DNA of 64,000 nt from Rhynchopus sp. YZ270_cl-10 (lineage: Eukaryota), in the NCBI GenBank assembly GCA_964035575.1, contig OZ037847.1:806001-870000 (forward strand), given 5' to 3'. Positions 13,986-25,942 of the stretch are shown piece after piece. The translations under genes were made by a program, and so were the position numbers. The notes under the pieces are model-generated. The model worked only from the letters and a program-made list of their open reading frames with translations, was not told the origin of the DNA and did not search any database. How positions within the stretch are numbered: the first letter of the stretch is position 1; every line of letters starts with the position of its first letter.

Positions 13986-14837
13986 CTATTTTCGGTAGGA
14001 CATTGCAGAGGGGTGGGTGAACATCAACTCCTCATATTGGTTTGCGTGGTGGACTGGGAAGCGGGTGACGGAGGAGACAAACGAGGCGGAGGGGGTTTTG
14101 TCCTTTTTCGCACTGTCATGGTAGTCTACTACTGGCTCTTTGTTCTTCTTCTTCTTCTTTTTGCGTTTTGCTGATGGTGGTGTGGATGTCCCTGGCACCT
14201 GCACACGAGGCACCGACACACGCGACGATAGCCCTCTTGGAGACTCCGCACCCCCAGCACCCCCCACACTCCCCCGCCCCTTCCTCGGTGGTGTCCCCAG
14301 CTCCTGGCAGACAGTCGCATCGAACCCTTGTTCCTGCTCCTCCTCCCCCCCTGCCCCTTCCAGCACCAAATGAAATGGCAGAGCATCCGCCAAAGGATCG
14401 TTCTTGCTTTTCAGTACACCTTCGATTCTGCCATAGTCAGGGTCCAGACGGCCTTCGAGAAGGGCACCGTCATCTTCGATTTGCACCCTGCAGTCGTGGT
14501 TGAGAATACGCACATCGCTGCAGGTTCCTCCGGTAGCATGGACGCCGGAGTACTCTGAGGCAGAGGTAGTGTCGGTTACGGTGAGACGGTAGTCTGCTGC
14601 GCCTGTTGCAGTGTGGATGCTCCCCAGCCAGTTCCCAAACAACGGAAACTGTGCGGCAAGAATGCGAAGTCCAGTAATATGCAGTCTCCGTGGACTCTGT
14701 GACCGTCGTACGCTGCCGGCCTCTACGACCTGGCGGTACGCATGGTCCGCCTCCTGTGCAAGCTGCTGCCGTGGAGAAGGGGAAAGAAATGCACCATAAT
14801 TCACAAGGTGCATCCTCTCTCCTTTTGGTGTCCCCAT
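13986..14837 (-). CDS. Hypothetical protein, 283 aa, with a basic NLS-like stretch (KRKKKKKK)
   Basis: Long ORF with coding-like GC composition on the cluster strand; no family recognised. Confidence 0.65.
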   Translation of the reverse strand: MGTPKGERMHLVNYGAFLSPSPRQQLAQEADHAYRQVVEAGSVRRSQSPRRLHITGLRILAAQFPLFGNWLGSIHTATGAADYRLTVTDTTSASEYSGVHATGGTCSDVRILNHDCRVQIEDDGALLEGRLDPDYGRIEGVLKSKNDPLADALPFHLVLEGAGGEEEQEQGFDATVCQELGTPPRKGRGSVGGAGGAESPRGLSSRVSVPRVQVPGTSTPPSAKRKKKKKKNKEPVVDYHDSAKKDKTPSASFVSSVTRFPVHHANQYEELMFTHPSAMSYRK

Positions 14838-15376
14838 TTATGGGTGATATACCCTTTGTGTAGCTGGATGAAATATGTGGAGAATAGTTGAAATATAATA
14901 GCGTGACAGTATACCTTGGTAGGTGTAGCAGGAGAGAATACTAAGATGAAGCTGTGCTTGGAAAGGGTTGGGAGATGAGGCTATTTTTTTTGGTAAACGT
15001 TTCATTTTGTATTGTTTTTGCTTGTTTTGTTACTTCCTCTCGTGGTCGGGTCACCAGGTGAACGACGTATTTCCAAATAAAAATAAAAGTTAAAAAAAAA
15101 GGTGCTTGTTGCATCTTTGGGGGAGGGAGGGCGAGCTGTGTTAATCATAACGCAGCGAACAAAAGGGAAGGAAATAAGGGGGTGTGAGGATAGCTGGTCA
15201 CAGCGCAGAGAGAGGCTCATAAAGACTTTTTTTTTTTTGTTTTGTGCAGAGCAGCAACTCTTTATTGCACAAAGGGAATAAAAAACTCCAGTTTCGTTTG
15301 CGTCACAAAGGCGGTGTTGCAAAGAAGGGTTGTACCTCACCTTTCTGCCAAGAAAGTGAAAACCCGGATCGGGGTT

Positions 15377-16579
15377 TTACTTGCCCTCAGCCTTCATCTG
15401 CTGGATCATCGAGGTGAGCTCGGCAATCTTCGCCTCCAGGGCAGCAACGGACGCAGCGCTCTTGGTCTGGTGGTTCTGCGAGAGGGTTGGTGGTTGGTGG
15501 GTGGTGAGTAGTGGGAACAGCCGAACACATTAAAAAGTTTTTGTTTGATTATAGACTACTATCACTAGATAATAGCCACGGTTTTTCTTCACAGGATCCT
15601 TAAAAGAGCAAATAGAAGGACAAGGCCGAACACATTAAAAAGAGAAATATAAAAGTTTATAAGATGACCCTAAGCCTCTCGGTGTTTAGTCACCTTGTGT
15701 GGAATTTAAAGGCGTAGCAACCGAAAGGGGAAGGGGAAGGGGAGAAGTGAAGAGATGTTGAAAGTGCAAACGCCTCGCCGTTCATAGGCGGAGGCAGGCA
15801 TTGGTTCCGTGGGTTAGAATGATGGTTTGTAAAAAAGGGTCATTAATAACACCACCTCAATGGAGGTAGCTGACATAAAAATAAATTCGTTTGTAAGAGA
15901 AAGCATAGATTGGAAGACAAATGCAGTTCTACGCAGAGGTGGACCGCGGCAGAAAAGAAAAGGAAGGGAAAAGTATTCCTAAAAGGGGAGTAGCAAACCT
16001 CCATCTGGTTCCTGGTCTTGGCGTGCTCCTCCTCGTACTTCGCGTTCAGTGCGTCAGCGTGCTTCTGGAGGAGTGCCTGCTGCTTTGCGTATGCGTACTT
16101 CTCCTCTCTGGTCATCTTGTTGTCAGCCTCCATCCAGGACAGGTCGTCAGAGTGGTTGTCCTATGACATAGTGATATAATGTTGTGGGTGTTTAAAAAAA
16201 AAAAATACAATCCGCCTTCCGAGATATGGTCCATCCCCCTTTATTGGTAATACAGAAAATATTTGGATGAAGCAGTCTGATTAGATTACTTAATATTTTG
16301 AGCATTGGTTATTCATCAATCCTTTTTGTTGTATTTTTGGATCCTTTTTGTTTTGTTTTTGTTTTTGTAAATATGGATGAAACAGTCACCTTTAAAATGG
16401 GCGTAAGGCAATCTTAAAGATGAGCTGTTTTGGTGCGAAAAAAGGGAGGTAAACATCTGTCTGGTTGCGCCCCCATATTCTCTTCCTATCTGCGTGGTAT
16501 TGCATACCTGGTGGGTTCCCATGCGCTTACCAGCCTGAAGGGTGCTTCTGCTGACGAAGGTGGCGGCTCTCCTCATCAT
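15377..16579 (-). CDS. IF1: Mitochondrial F1Fo-ATPase inhibitor IF1-like protein, 3 exons (16508-16579, 15999-16160, 15377-15475), 110 aa
   Basis: Two phase-0 GT-AG introns join MMRRAATFVSRS... (presequence-like) + DNHSDDLSWMEADNKMTREEKYAYAKQQALLQK... + coiled-coil NHQTKSAASVAALEAKIAELTSMIQQMKAEGK*. The LxWxxADxxMTxEExYAxxKQ segment resembles euglenozoan IF1 (recalled, not searched). Confidence 0.8.
15543..15580 (-). other. Stem-loop family E (representative copy)
   Basis: Plus-strand consensus GTTTGATT(n)GACTACTAT-loop-ATAGC; copies at 15543, 17014, 19825 and a partial copy at about 6365. On the minus strand GCUAUU pairs with GAUAGU, using G:U. Confidence 0.6.
15661..15696 (-). other. Stem-loop family B (representative copy, IF1 intron 2)
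   Basis: Minus-strand consensus AAGGUGA-CUAAGC-loop-GCUUAG-(2-nt bulge)-UCAUCUU. Copies at about 3696, 15661, 17136, 17739, 20691, 23873, 24084, 25140, 26993, 27239 and 27638, plus remnants. Confidence 0.8.
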
Positions 16580-17340
16580 TTTAAAGGTAGTTTAAAGAGT
16601 TGTGTGGGGAAAATTCTGTAAAAAAGAATGGTTGTGGAGGAATGACAGTGTAGAAGAGGGGAGTGGGGAAAGCTGGGAGAATCCCATTACACATGGAAAA
16701 CACATTAATATTATATCAATGCGTGACTCACAGCAAAATCGAGAGCGGAAGAGGGATCGATAAATCATCATGTCAAAAATAAAATTTAAAAAAATATGGG
16801 GAGAGAGGAGAGACGCAAACTTTATCCGATAGGGCAAAAAAAAAACTCATGCCACTACACCCATACCTAATACACGAGATTTTTCTTTTAAAAAAAAATC
16901 GTTCCTTTTTTTTTCTTTATTTCCCTTTCCTTCTTCCCTCTTTTCTCAGGGGTTGACACATCTTGAACTCCGTGGTGGAATGGTTGGTTGAAAGGGAAAA
17001 AAATAAGCGATTCGTTTGATTTTCGACTACTATCACAGAATAGCAGGCACGATTTAAGCGACCACAAAAAAAAAAAAAAAAAACAAACAAAGGGGGGAGA
17101 GGAGGAGGAGGAGGAGGGGTTTTTTTTGTAAGTTTATGATAAGCTACGCAGTGTTTAGTCACCTAAATCCCCCTCGTGGTGCCTATCCTAGCTTTTTTCC
17201 TTTTAACTCGGTTCATGTTTTGATTTCCTTTTCTTTGACGAAATACTGCGCAAGGGCAGGGTGGAAAGCAAAAAAGCGATGAAAGAGAGGGAAGAAAAAA
17301 AGTGGAGCATTCTCGATAAGGGTGTCACTGATTTCACTAC

Positions 17341-17487
17341 TGGTGCTCCTGAAAACCCCATTTTGCGTACTTGTTGCGCACTTTGTGCACGAAAAAAAAA
17401 AATACAGGAATACCCTATATTGCGTACTTGTTGCGAACTTAGTGCGTAGTTGTTGCGTACTTGGTATTTTTTATTTCAGGAGCACCA
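17341..17487. mobile_element. 147-bp TIR element with TG...CA ends and a 5-bp TSD
   Basis: 14-bp TIRs TGGTGCTCCTGAAA / TTTCAGGAGCACCA; ACTAC at 17336-17340 and 17488-17492; internal direct repeats TTGCGTACTTG x3. Confidence 0.7.
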
Positions 17488-18111
17488 ACTACGTTTTTTT
17501 ATCTTGCTGTCACAAGACATTACTTTTCCATATCAAAACAACCAAAGAGAGAAAAAAAGAGCATTGAAATCGGCAAAAACACGCACTGTAACACCTTCTG
17601 ATAACGCAGAAAAAGGAAAGAGAAAAACTTAATGATAACCAGAAAAGCCTCTCTGTGGTTTGTTACCTAAAATATATGAAATAGAAAAGGCACAAAAAAG
17701 AGCAGGGCCCAAGGAAAAACGTAAAAAAAAAGTTTTGTAAGATAAACCTAAGCCTTTCGCACTTAGCCACCAAAACAAAAGGAGAGGAAGAGAGAAAAGG
17801 AGAGGATAGCTGGGCTGCACCATTGTGCGGATAACCGAGCGTATATTTGCTTTCCCGTTGATATCGTCAAGTCGCCCCCCGCCCTGCCCCGTCCCCCCCA
17901 CCAGGTATGTTATATACTTAAAGGTACATGGTGATACTAATTTTTGCTTTTTTTGTAATTTTAAAATGATATTGTGGAAATAAGACCCCTTTTTTTGAAT
18001 CGTTGAATCCCGAGAGAGGAAGACTAATTCAAAATACTAGGGAGAAAGGAAGAAACGGAGAGAAACGGAAGAAGAGGAAGAAGAGGAGGAGGAAGGAAAA
18101 AACAAAGAGAA

Positions 18112-18158
18112 GTTAAAAGTCCAAACGCCTCACCGTTCATCGGCGGACGCAGGGCACT
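18112..18158 (-). other. Stem-loop family A (representative copy)
   Basis: Minus-strand consensus GUGC-CUG-CGUC-CGCCG-loop-CGGUG-A-GGCG-UUU-GCAC-UUUCAAC. Copies at about 1604, 9911, 11556, 15757, 18112, 18734, 20825, 22661, 24810, 27565, 34252 and 46704, plus partials at 10271 and 25026. Confidence 0.85.
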
Positions 18159-18629
18159 GAACGAATGATATGCTGGTTTGTTTTTTTTTCTTTTTCAAGG
18201 TGCATTAAGACCTCAGGGCCTTCGCCGTTATTGTGATAAATTTTTGTAGTAGTGTAGTTGCCTCGGTTGTGATGCCACAGTTGTGCAATTCTCTACATTT
18301 CAATTTTGTTTTATTTTCAAAGTCAGACATATCAGAGAACATTACACAAAGCCGCTTGGTTATAGATGCATTGATAGCAATTTTCTTTTAAGAAAATCAC
18401 ATCCAAAGCGAGCTGTCAGATATATAACAAAAATGGAAAGAATTTTTTTTTTTGAAACAAAGAAAATCTATTTGAAATCAGTCTTGAAAAAACGATTGGT
18501 TGTGTTGGCACCCATACCATCTTATCATTTTTCATACAAAAAAAAATGGAAACCACATTGTCACAAAGGAGAAACAATGATGGTGTGTGGAATTACTAGT
18601 AAGGTTGTTTTTTTTCTTTTCTTTTCTTC

Positions 18630-19098
18630 CAGGGGCTTATATAGGTTTTGGAGGTTCGTAGAATCCTGGTCAAATCCTGGTCGGGCCCAGCTCAAGTTGG
18701 GGTCCTCTGGCGGAATGTGGATCGATGAGTGAAGCTGAAGGTGCAAACGCCGGCAGGAAAACGCCTCTACAGACGCAGGCACCATAATTCCTCGGTTATC
18801 CAACTGCGGAGTTCGCCACTTCATTGATATTTGCACGAGTCACGCGAATTATCAGTAACTTCAGTAACCTAAGGAATTATCAGTAACCTCATTTACATGA
18901 CAAGAAACGGCGGTCATAGCACCCAAAGATTCCTGGCGAAGCCACGGTACGCAACATTTCAAAATTTTGCGCTTAAAATTGCACATTTTTTGCTGCCAAA
19001 CTATCTCATGTGAAGGGTGTATTGCAAGCTTGCGCCGCAGTTAAGGCTTGGCTAACCTGGTCAGGCTGAGCAGGATTTACCCCCTATATAAGCCCCTG
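18630..19098. mobile_element. hAT-like MITE, 469 bp
   Basis: 16-bp TIRs CAGGGGCTTATATAGG / CCTATATAAGCCCCTG; flanks TTTTCTTC and TTTTCATC (7/8 match, consistent with an 8-bp TSD). Segment 18932-18980 recurs inverted at 53760-53808. Confidence 0.8.
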
Positions 19099-20230
19099 TT
19101 TTCATCTATTTACTATAATATAAAACATACATCCTTGAAAGATGTACGAACCAATCTCTTAACACACACACCGTATGATAACCATTACCATTTTTTAAAT
19201 ACATGCGATATCATGCCGTAGGTTACAGTGGAGGAAAAAAATATGCACCTGATTAATTCTAATCTCCGCTGCCTTCTTCTTTATTGACAACAATTGCGCC
19301 AAGAACCCGAAACGGGAACCTTGGGTCAGTGAGTTTCGTGGAAAACGTTAAAAACAAAAGCTCAAGAAAGGAGGGGCATTTTTTCCTTTTAAAAAATTAT
19401 CACGTACAGAGCCTCAAGAGAATGGCCTCTGACACTGCCTTTTATCTGTTTTGATAATCCATAGGAGTGTAGCTGAGACAGTCTTCACTGTCTGATCTTT
19501 TTTTTTTTTTGATAAATTATTGGAGTGTAGTTGCCTCGGTTGTGTTGCCACAGTTGTGCAATCTCCACTGTCTTCTCACCTTCCCATTCTCCACCATGCC
19601 ACCAAAAAAGCATGGCTAGGGAGAGTGTTTCTTTTTTATCAGTCGAATATTCGCTAATACACCCTATCAATGATAAGGTTTTTCCCAACAGGTTCCACGT
19701 CTACGTTATCCTCATTTACACGAGAAGAAACATGTGGAAAGGAATATCGACATTTTAACTCCCACACAATCAACCTAATTAAAGAAATTGCAAGGGAACA
19801 GACCGCAATATGAAAAAAAAAAATGTTTGATTTTTTCGACTACTATTATGGGATAGCGGTCATGATGGTTTTTTCTTTCATAGGGTCCAAGAGTGGAAAC
19901 AAAAAAAACACAACTAAAAGAAGAGAAAAAAATGTGGACAAAAAAAATGCAAGGACGCTGCCTTGTGAAAAAGGCACAGACAGGCCTTTTAAAAAGGGGA
20001 TATGGTTGTTGTATTGAACAGTCAAAGAGATCTTCTCCGACACACACCCTGTACTTATAGCGTATTAATATTTCTGGATGATTGTGCCGAGGCACAAGTG
20101 TCACATGAAAAGTAGAGAAAAAAAAATAGAAATAAAACCTCCCTCCGAAGGTAGCACTACAAAGTTATTGTTGCAATTATTGTTGTGTCAAAACAATGAC
20201 CCACCAATGGTGGGTTGTGTTATCATTTTT

Positions 20231-20277
20231 TGATAAATTGTTTGGATTAGTGTAGTTGCCACGGTGCAATCTCCACT
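20231..20277 (-). other. Stem-loop family C (representative copy)
   Basis: Plus-strand consensus TGATAAATTGTTTGGATT-AGTGTAG-TTGC-loop-GCAAT-CTCCACT. Copies at about 629, 2160, 2353, 4470, 18234, 19452, 19510, 20231, 21586 and 52335, and a diverged copy at 5394. Confidence 0.8.
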
Positions 20278-21690
20278 TTTTTTTGTGTCGACAATCGCCG
20301 AACTCACCCACCTTTGGTGAAGAGTTTGGCGACAACTTTGCAAAAAATAAAAAAAAAAAAAAAAAAAACAAGATAACCCCATTGCATTCTGTATTTCATT
20401 CACAAGAACATCCCTAACTCCTCTGGACCAAGCCAGACAGAAGACGGTAGCACTGGGGAAAACACAGAACATTATTTTCCGTACACCTGGACATAGCCAC
20501 CTGGTCAGTCCCTGATAGATCGCTTGTCTCCTAACCTCCTAACCTGGAAGACATCCGTATATGATCGGTGTCTACCCTCCGTTTTTGTATATTTTTGTTA
20601 GGAAAAAATAAGGGTTTATGGTTTGGCTGAAAGGGGGTGATTCGCACTTCTTGCGTACTTTGTGCACCCCCATATTCACACCAGGTTATAATGATGAACT
20701 TAAGCTTCACTGTCACCTTGAATAGAAAAAGTAAAAAATACATCTTTTAAAAAGATCAACACAAGGCGGAATATGCGCATGTGGACGTTGACGGAGAGAA
20801 TGCGTTGAAAAAAAAAAAAAAATAGAAAGTAGTGCAAAACGCTTCACCGTTCCTCGGCGGACCGCAGGCACTTAAAAAATATCATCAAATGTCACTAAGA
20901 ACGCACGTATCTAAATATAAAAAAAACACCCCAAAAAAACCCAAAAAAAAACCCCCCAAAGAAGGGTGAAAAACACGATTCTAGTTGTAGGAAGTTATGC
21001 CAACTCTGATCCACCCGCTGGATGAACAGAATGAACAAACCTAGTAGGAGAGCAAAATCACAAAAAAAAAAAAAAAACAAAAGACAAATTTAAAAATAAG
21101 AATAAAAACAAAGAAAAAACGACAGAGAGAAAAAGAAAAAAGATTCGATTAAAAAAAAACGGGATCAATGCGCGGGAGAAATATAATGTGAAATGAACAC
21201 AAAAAAAAATGAAATATTTGAACAAAACAAAGGGAAAAAAGGGAGGAGGAAACTCTTTAAAGATGAATATGCCCTACGTGCAGCACATACAAATGCATAT
21301 TTCCCCTTCAGAATTAGTTGCTCTGAGACATGCCTTCCCCTTCGTTGTATCCTCAAGAGCACCTAGATTCTTGGTGAATTTAAACAAAACAAAACAAAAA
21401 AAGCATTCTCCAAAAAAAAAAAAAAACGCTTTGCTCGCGTTGTACCTTTGGTTTCCCTTTTGTCGCACCCATTTTGCACTTAGGTGTGCAGAAACATGCT
21501 GAGGCTGTGTTCATCTTGAGAACCACTCTCTCACTAAGATATAGTCCCAATAATAGCGTCCCCACACGTATTTTCCGCGGTATTTTGATGATCTGTTAGT
21601 TGCAGTGTAGCTGCTCCTACAGTCTTACTTTACTATCCAGAAAACACATTATTTTTTTTGCCCCTTTTTTACTTCATTCGGAAACTACTT

Positions 21691-21725
<35 letters not shown>

Positions 21726-22889
21726 CGGGAGAGGTGATTTGTGTTGGCGTTTTGAGGGAGAGTGGGAGGAGAGGAGGGAAGATAAGAGGGGGTAGAGAAA
21801 CTAGACAGGGACTAACCTGCAAGGATGATGACATACTATTAGAGTTCATGTTGTTTCGTTCAAAACAGAAGAAAAAAAAAATTTGTTTGCTGCTTTCCAT
21901 TTTTTTTCTTTTTCATTTAAACGAACCAGCAAGTCCTCGCATGTGTTTGGTTTTCTTTTATTTTCCTTCGTCCTATTGTTTAAAAATAGGCCGATGTACC
22001 GGAAGAAGGGATACATTTCACTTGGTCACTTTTATGTGACCACTTTCGTTCTCTTCTGTTTCGTTTTTTGTTTTTGTTTTGTTTGATTTTTATGTTTTTT
22101 TCCCGATTGATGACAGCAACCAAACGATCCATCAACAGAAGAATGAGCATTTACTTACCCCCCCATATTTTTCTTTCAAATACACAAAAAAAGAAGACGA
22201 CTGAATCTCACAGACACATTCATCTAATGGAAAAAGGTTTGTGTTTTTGCAGGTTTCGTGAAGGTGACAAAAATATTTACCCCTTTAGACCCCAAGCCGT
22301 TTTTTTGGACCCACTTTTGAGTTCTGGTTTTTGGGGCGACCTAGTGGTATTAGGAGGGGATTCTTGTTTTACGAAAATGAGCAGAACCTTTCCCATTGCT
22401 CGTCCGGATAGGCTGGACAAATATGTCCAGCTGGGGTCTGAAGGGTAAAAAAAAACGTGAAAAAGTGCTGAAACGCTTTTGGATAATCAATACATGCCAT
22501 CACACACCCTTAGTGAAAATGAGACCGTGATGAAGGGATGTTCTCCAATCGTGGCCAAGGAATGTAGCACACTGCCCGGAAAAGTAGCGGGATACATACA
22601 TAGGCTTGAACCGATCTCCAGATCAGCCAACACTTTTTTGAAAAAAGTGAGTTTAATAAAACGTGCAGACGCCTCGAAGAGGGCGCAGGTACGTCGTCAT
22701 ACCTCTATCAGGCTGGTTGTGACAGAGGTTTGACAAGGATCGCTGTGAATTGTTGTGAAGGGGAGGAAGGTAAAGGTGACATTGTGACGTACAAACACCT
22801 CTGTGAACGCACCAATTTTTTTTTATTTGATGGATGCGATCAACAAACAACGCATAAAGAAGGGGTGGGGTATTTCATTCTATTTTTTG

Positions 22890-22938
22890 TTGTGTCGACA
22901 ATCACTGTACACCAACTGGTATAAAGATCGGTACTCAA
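22890..22938 (-). other. Stem-loop family D (representative copy)
   Basis: Plus-strand consensus TTGTGTCGACAATC-[variable stem-loop]-TCTGTACTCAA. Copies at about 2005, 2206, 3280, 4411, 20283, 22890 and 35797. Confidence 0.7.
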
Positions 22939-25900
22939 TATCGACCATTTTGTTTCTCTTTACGATTACCAAAGGTTTAAGTGGGTTTCGGGTATCCTGG
23001 CAACTGCCTCACAACACGGTTTTACGTCGCGAAGTTCCACACCACTCGAGGCAGTGGGAGGACCGTTTATCTGTTCTGTGTTTCGAGGGGACTACACAGA
23101 CAGGAAATTTAAAATAAGCAAATTCGTATAAAGAACTGATATAAATTTGCTCTGCACGCGATTCAGGAAATTGTGTACAGGCATTATCAATATAAAATAT
23201 CAATTAAAATCAAGAAGAAAAAAAGTAGTCCGGGTATTGTACTTTCGCACTGCCGAAAAAAAAAAAAAAACAACGCAAAACACAGAAACACTCAGAGTGA
23301 ATCTTGTGCATTCTAAACTACCTTTCTCTTCTCTCGCACAAGGTGGAGAAACACAGCTCGCGCAACGTGTGGGTTGGGGTCATTGTTTTGCAGTGTTGAT
23401 AAAAAATAAAGGGGGTAAATAGGAAGTCAAGAATGCTGTGCACTACGATCTGCTAACGGCAAAGAAAAATGCTTGCAAATGACAGCAGTCCAACCAAGCA
23501 GCAAGGAACACAAAAATTCTTCCACCCTTGGAAACACCGGAAGAACGCGGAAACACTGCTTCAATGCAGCAAAAAGAGGGGGGGGAAGCACCCTGACCAG
23601 TGGGCAGAGATGCCAGCAATTGCTTTGACCCCGATTTATTTATTTATTTATTTATTTTGGTTTTATCAACCTGCATACGTGTAGAAGATTTGTAGGGTAT
23701 TCTATTTGTGGAAAAATGCATCAGAGGGGGTTTGAAGCGAGAGGGTTGGGGAATGGGGAATGGAGATAGGGAATAGGGGACGGAAGGAAGAGCAGGGGTT
23801 GCAACTTTCCTATTGAATTTCTGTTTCAACGAAGGGGTTTAAAAAAAAAGAGAGAAAAGAGAGAATTTGGTCAAGATGAACCAAAGCCAATCACTTAGTC
23901 ACATGAAAGAAGAGAGAGAGAGAATTCTGGGGGAATTTTTTCGTGTGTCGATCCGAAGATCAAACAGAATGTCAAGAAAGTAGGATTTTGTCGGCCAGTA
24001 AAAATCTGGATAAATGAGCGGTTTGAAGGTTTGTTTGTTTATTGTTTTTTTTGAAAGAAAAAAGAAAAAGAAAAAAAAATTGTAAGGTGATCGTAAGCTC
24101 TCGCTTAGTCACCTTTAAAAATATTTTTTTGAGGTTTCTACCAGGGATTTTCCTTTGTTTCTTCGCGGAAAAATAAGAAGATCGACTGACTTAACAATTT
24201 TAAAAATACGGGGTTAAGGAGGGTCGTTTGACTACAAAACAACTCTCACAAATTGCTTTGTTATTTAGTTTTTTTTTTTTTTTTTTCTTCTTTTTTTTGC
24301 GTACTTCAAATTGTCCTTTTTTTAAAAACGCGAATGTCTTTCGACGTAATGACGCGTTTCCCACAAAAGAAGAAACATAAGCACCTATAACAAAGGCCAG
24401 GATGAATACAGACACGGCACACTTCATCCAGGAGTGTGTCAGAGTTTTGAGACAATTTGGGAACTCTGGTCTGACCACTTTTATTTTTCGTTCGTTTTTT
24501 TTTTTTTTTTCTCCTTTTTTTTTTTTTTTTGAAAAGGAGGTGGATACCACTGCGTCCTACTCCCGCCTCTACTCAGGTAATGAACGGGGATCATTGGATG
24601 CCCAGGGTCATGACTTCCCGGGTGAGATAGGTTGGATCAGTTTTGATTTTTTTTTTTGGCGGAGAACCTCTGCCTTTTCCCCAGATTCCTTCTTTGTGTT
24701 TGAGAAATAATACCCCATACCTCCTCAAAATTGTTATTTTGCGAGCTATTTAGTGGGATACACGTTTTTTTTTTGGGGGGGGGAGGGGAGCAGTGTAGAT
24801 TAAAGAGAAGTTGAAAGTACAAACACCTCACCGGACAAATGGTGGATGAAGGTACTTGAAGACTCATTAAACATGCAGTGGCTGGTTGAAACAAAGTTTG
24901 TCAGATGAAAAAGCCTCTGCTTATTCATCCACAACAGGAAGCTTGAAGAGAGGCGGATGACCGCTAAGGACGCAACACTTATGGGGGGTGTGAGTGATCT
25001 TGTCCCTGGTGTGATATCCTTGGATTGAAAGTGCAAAAAAAAAGAAAATCTGCTTCTCGATCTGTCATCGCTAGGACCAGAGCAGAGCGGTGCACCTGGC
25101 ATGATGGAACCGTGGAGATGTCGATCGGAAGGGGGGAATGATGGATACCTAAGCCTCACAGTGCTTGGTCCCTTGAAAAAGAAGGGGGGAAAAAGTCTTA
25201 AATTTGAATTTGAATAAAGTGCAAAAACACCATTTTTTTCAGTGAAACGCACACAAAAAACAGCGAAATAACCAAAAATCACAACTTACGGTTTTACATA
25301 TCACCAAAAGCGACATGCCACAAATTATGACGTTTACTTCACCGATATCGAAACTCCTTGGGGTGGGGTGGGGAGAAAGAGGGGACATGAGCCCAACAGC
25401 AGATTGTAGTAACTGAGGGAACTCCTTTTTCCTTGTAGCAATCTACAAGGGAAAACGTTATCTTTTTTGTTGTTTTTTTGTGCTTCTCTCTTGAAGCATA
25501 TCTTTTTTTGGGTGGAAAGAGGTCAATATTGTGCCAATGAATCATTTAAAACTGGAGTTGGAAAAGGAAAAAAACAGCGTCACAGCAGGCATCTACCTGA
25601 AAAAGGCTATTTTTTTTCAGAAAATAAATTTTCAAGTCGATGCGTATTTTTGGCATTCTTTTGGACGTCTTCTGCTAAAAACGGGTGCGAAAACTAAACG
25701 AACAGCTTCTAGAACGCAGATCACGTTGACTACCCTTTTTTACCAGGAGCGTGTGGTGTATGGCTTCCTCTTCTGTGGGAAGACAAAATGCCTTTCTCTC
25801 TATTGCAGGAGAAGGGCTGCGTTCCTGCCAATTTGAAGAAAGGAAGTTCGTTCCCTTGCCAGGCGAACAAAAAGTTGGTAGGGCTTAAAGGTCCATACAA

Positions 25901-25942
25901 ATATCACTGAAAGAAAAACAAAAAGAGAGACAGGCTTTAAGG

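Noticed and set aside
15661..15696. Hairpins as SECIS, IRE, C/D or H/ACA snoRNAs, or tRNA fragments
   Set aside because: No conserved UGAN/NGAN quartet, no C/D box pair, no consistent ACA/AGA box and no cloverleaf. CAGUG appears in only a few B loops. An Rfam search is still needed.
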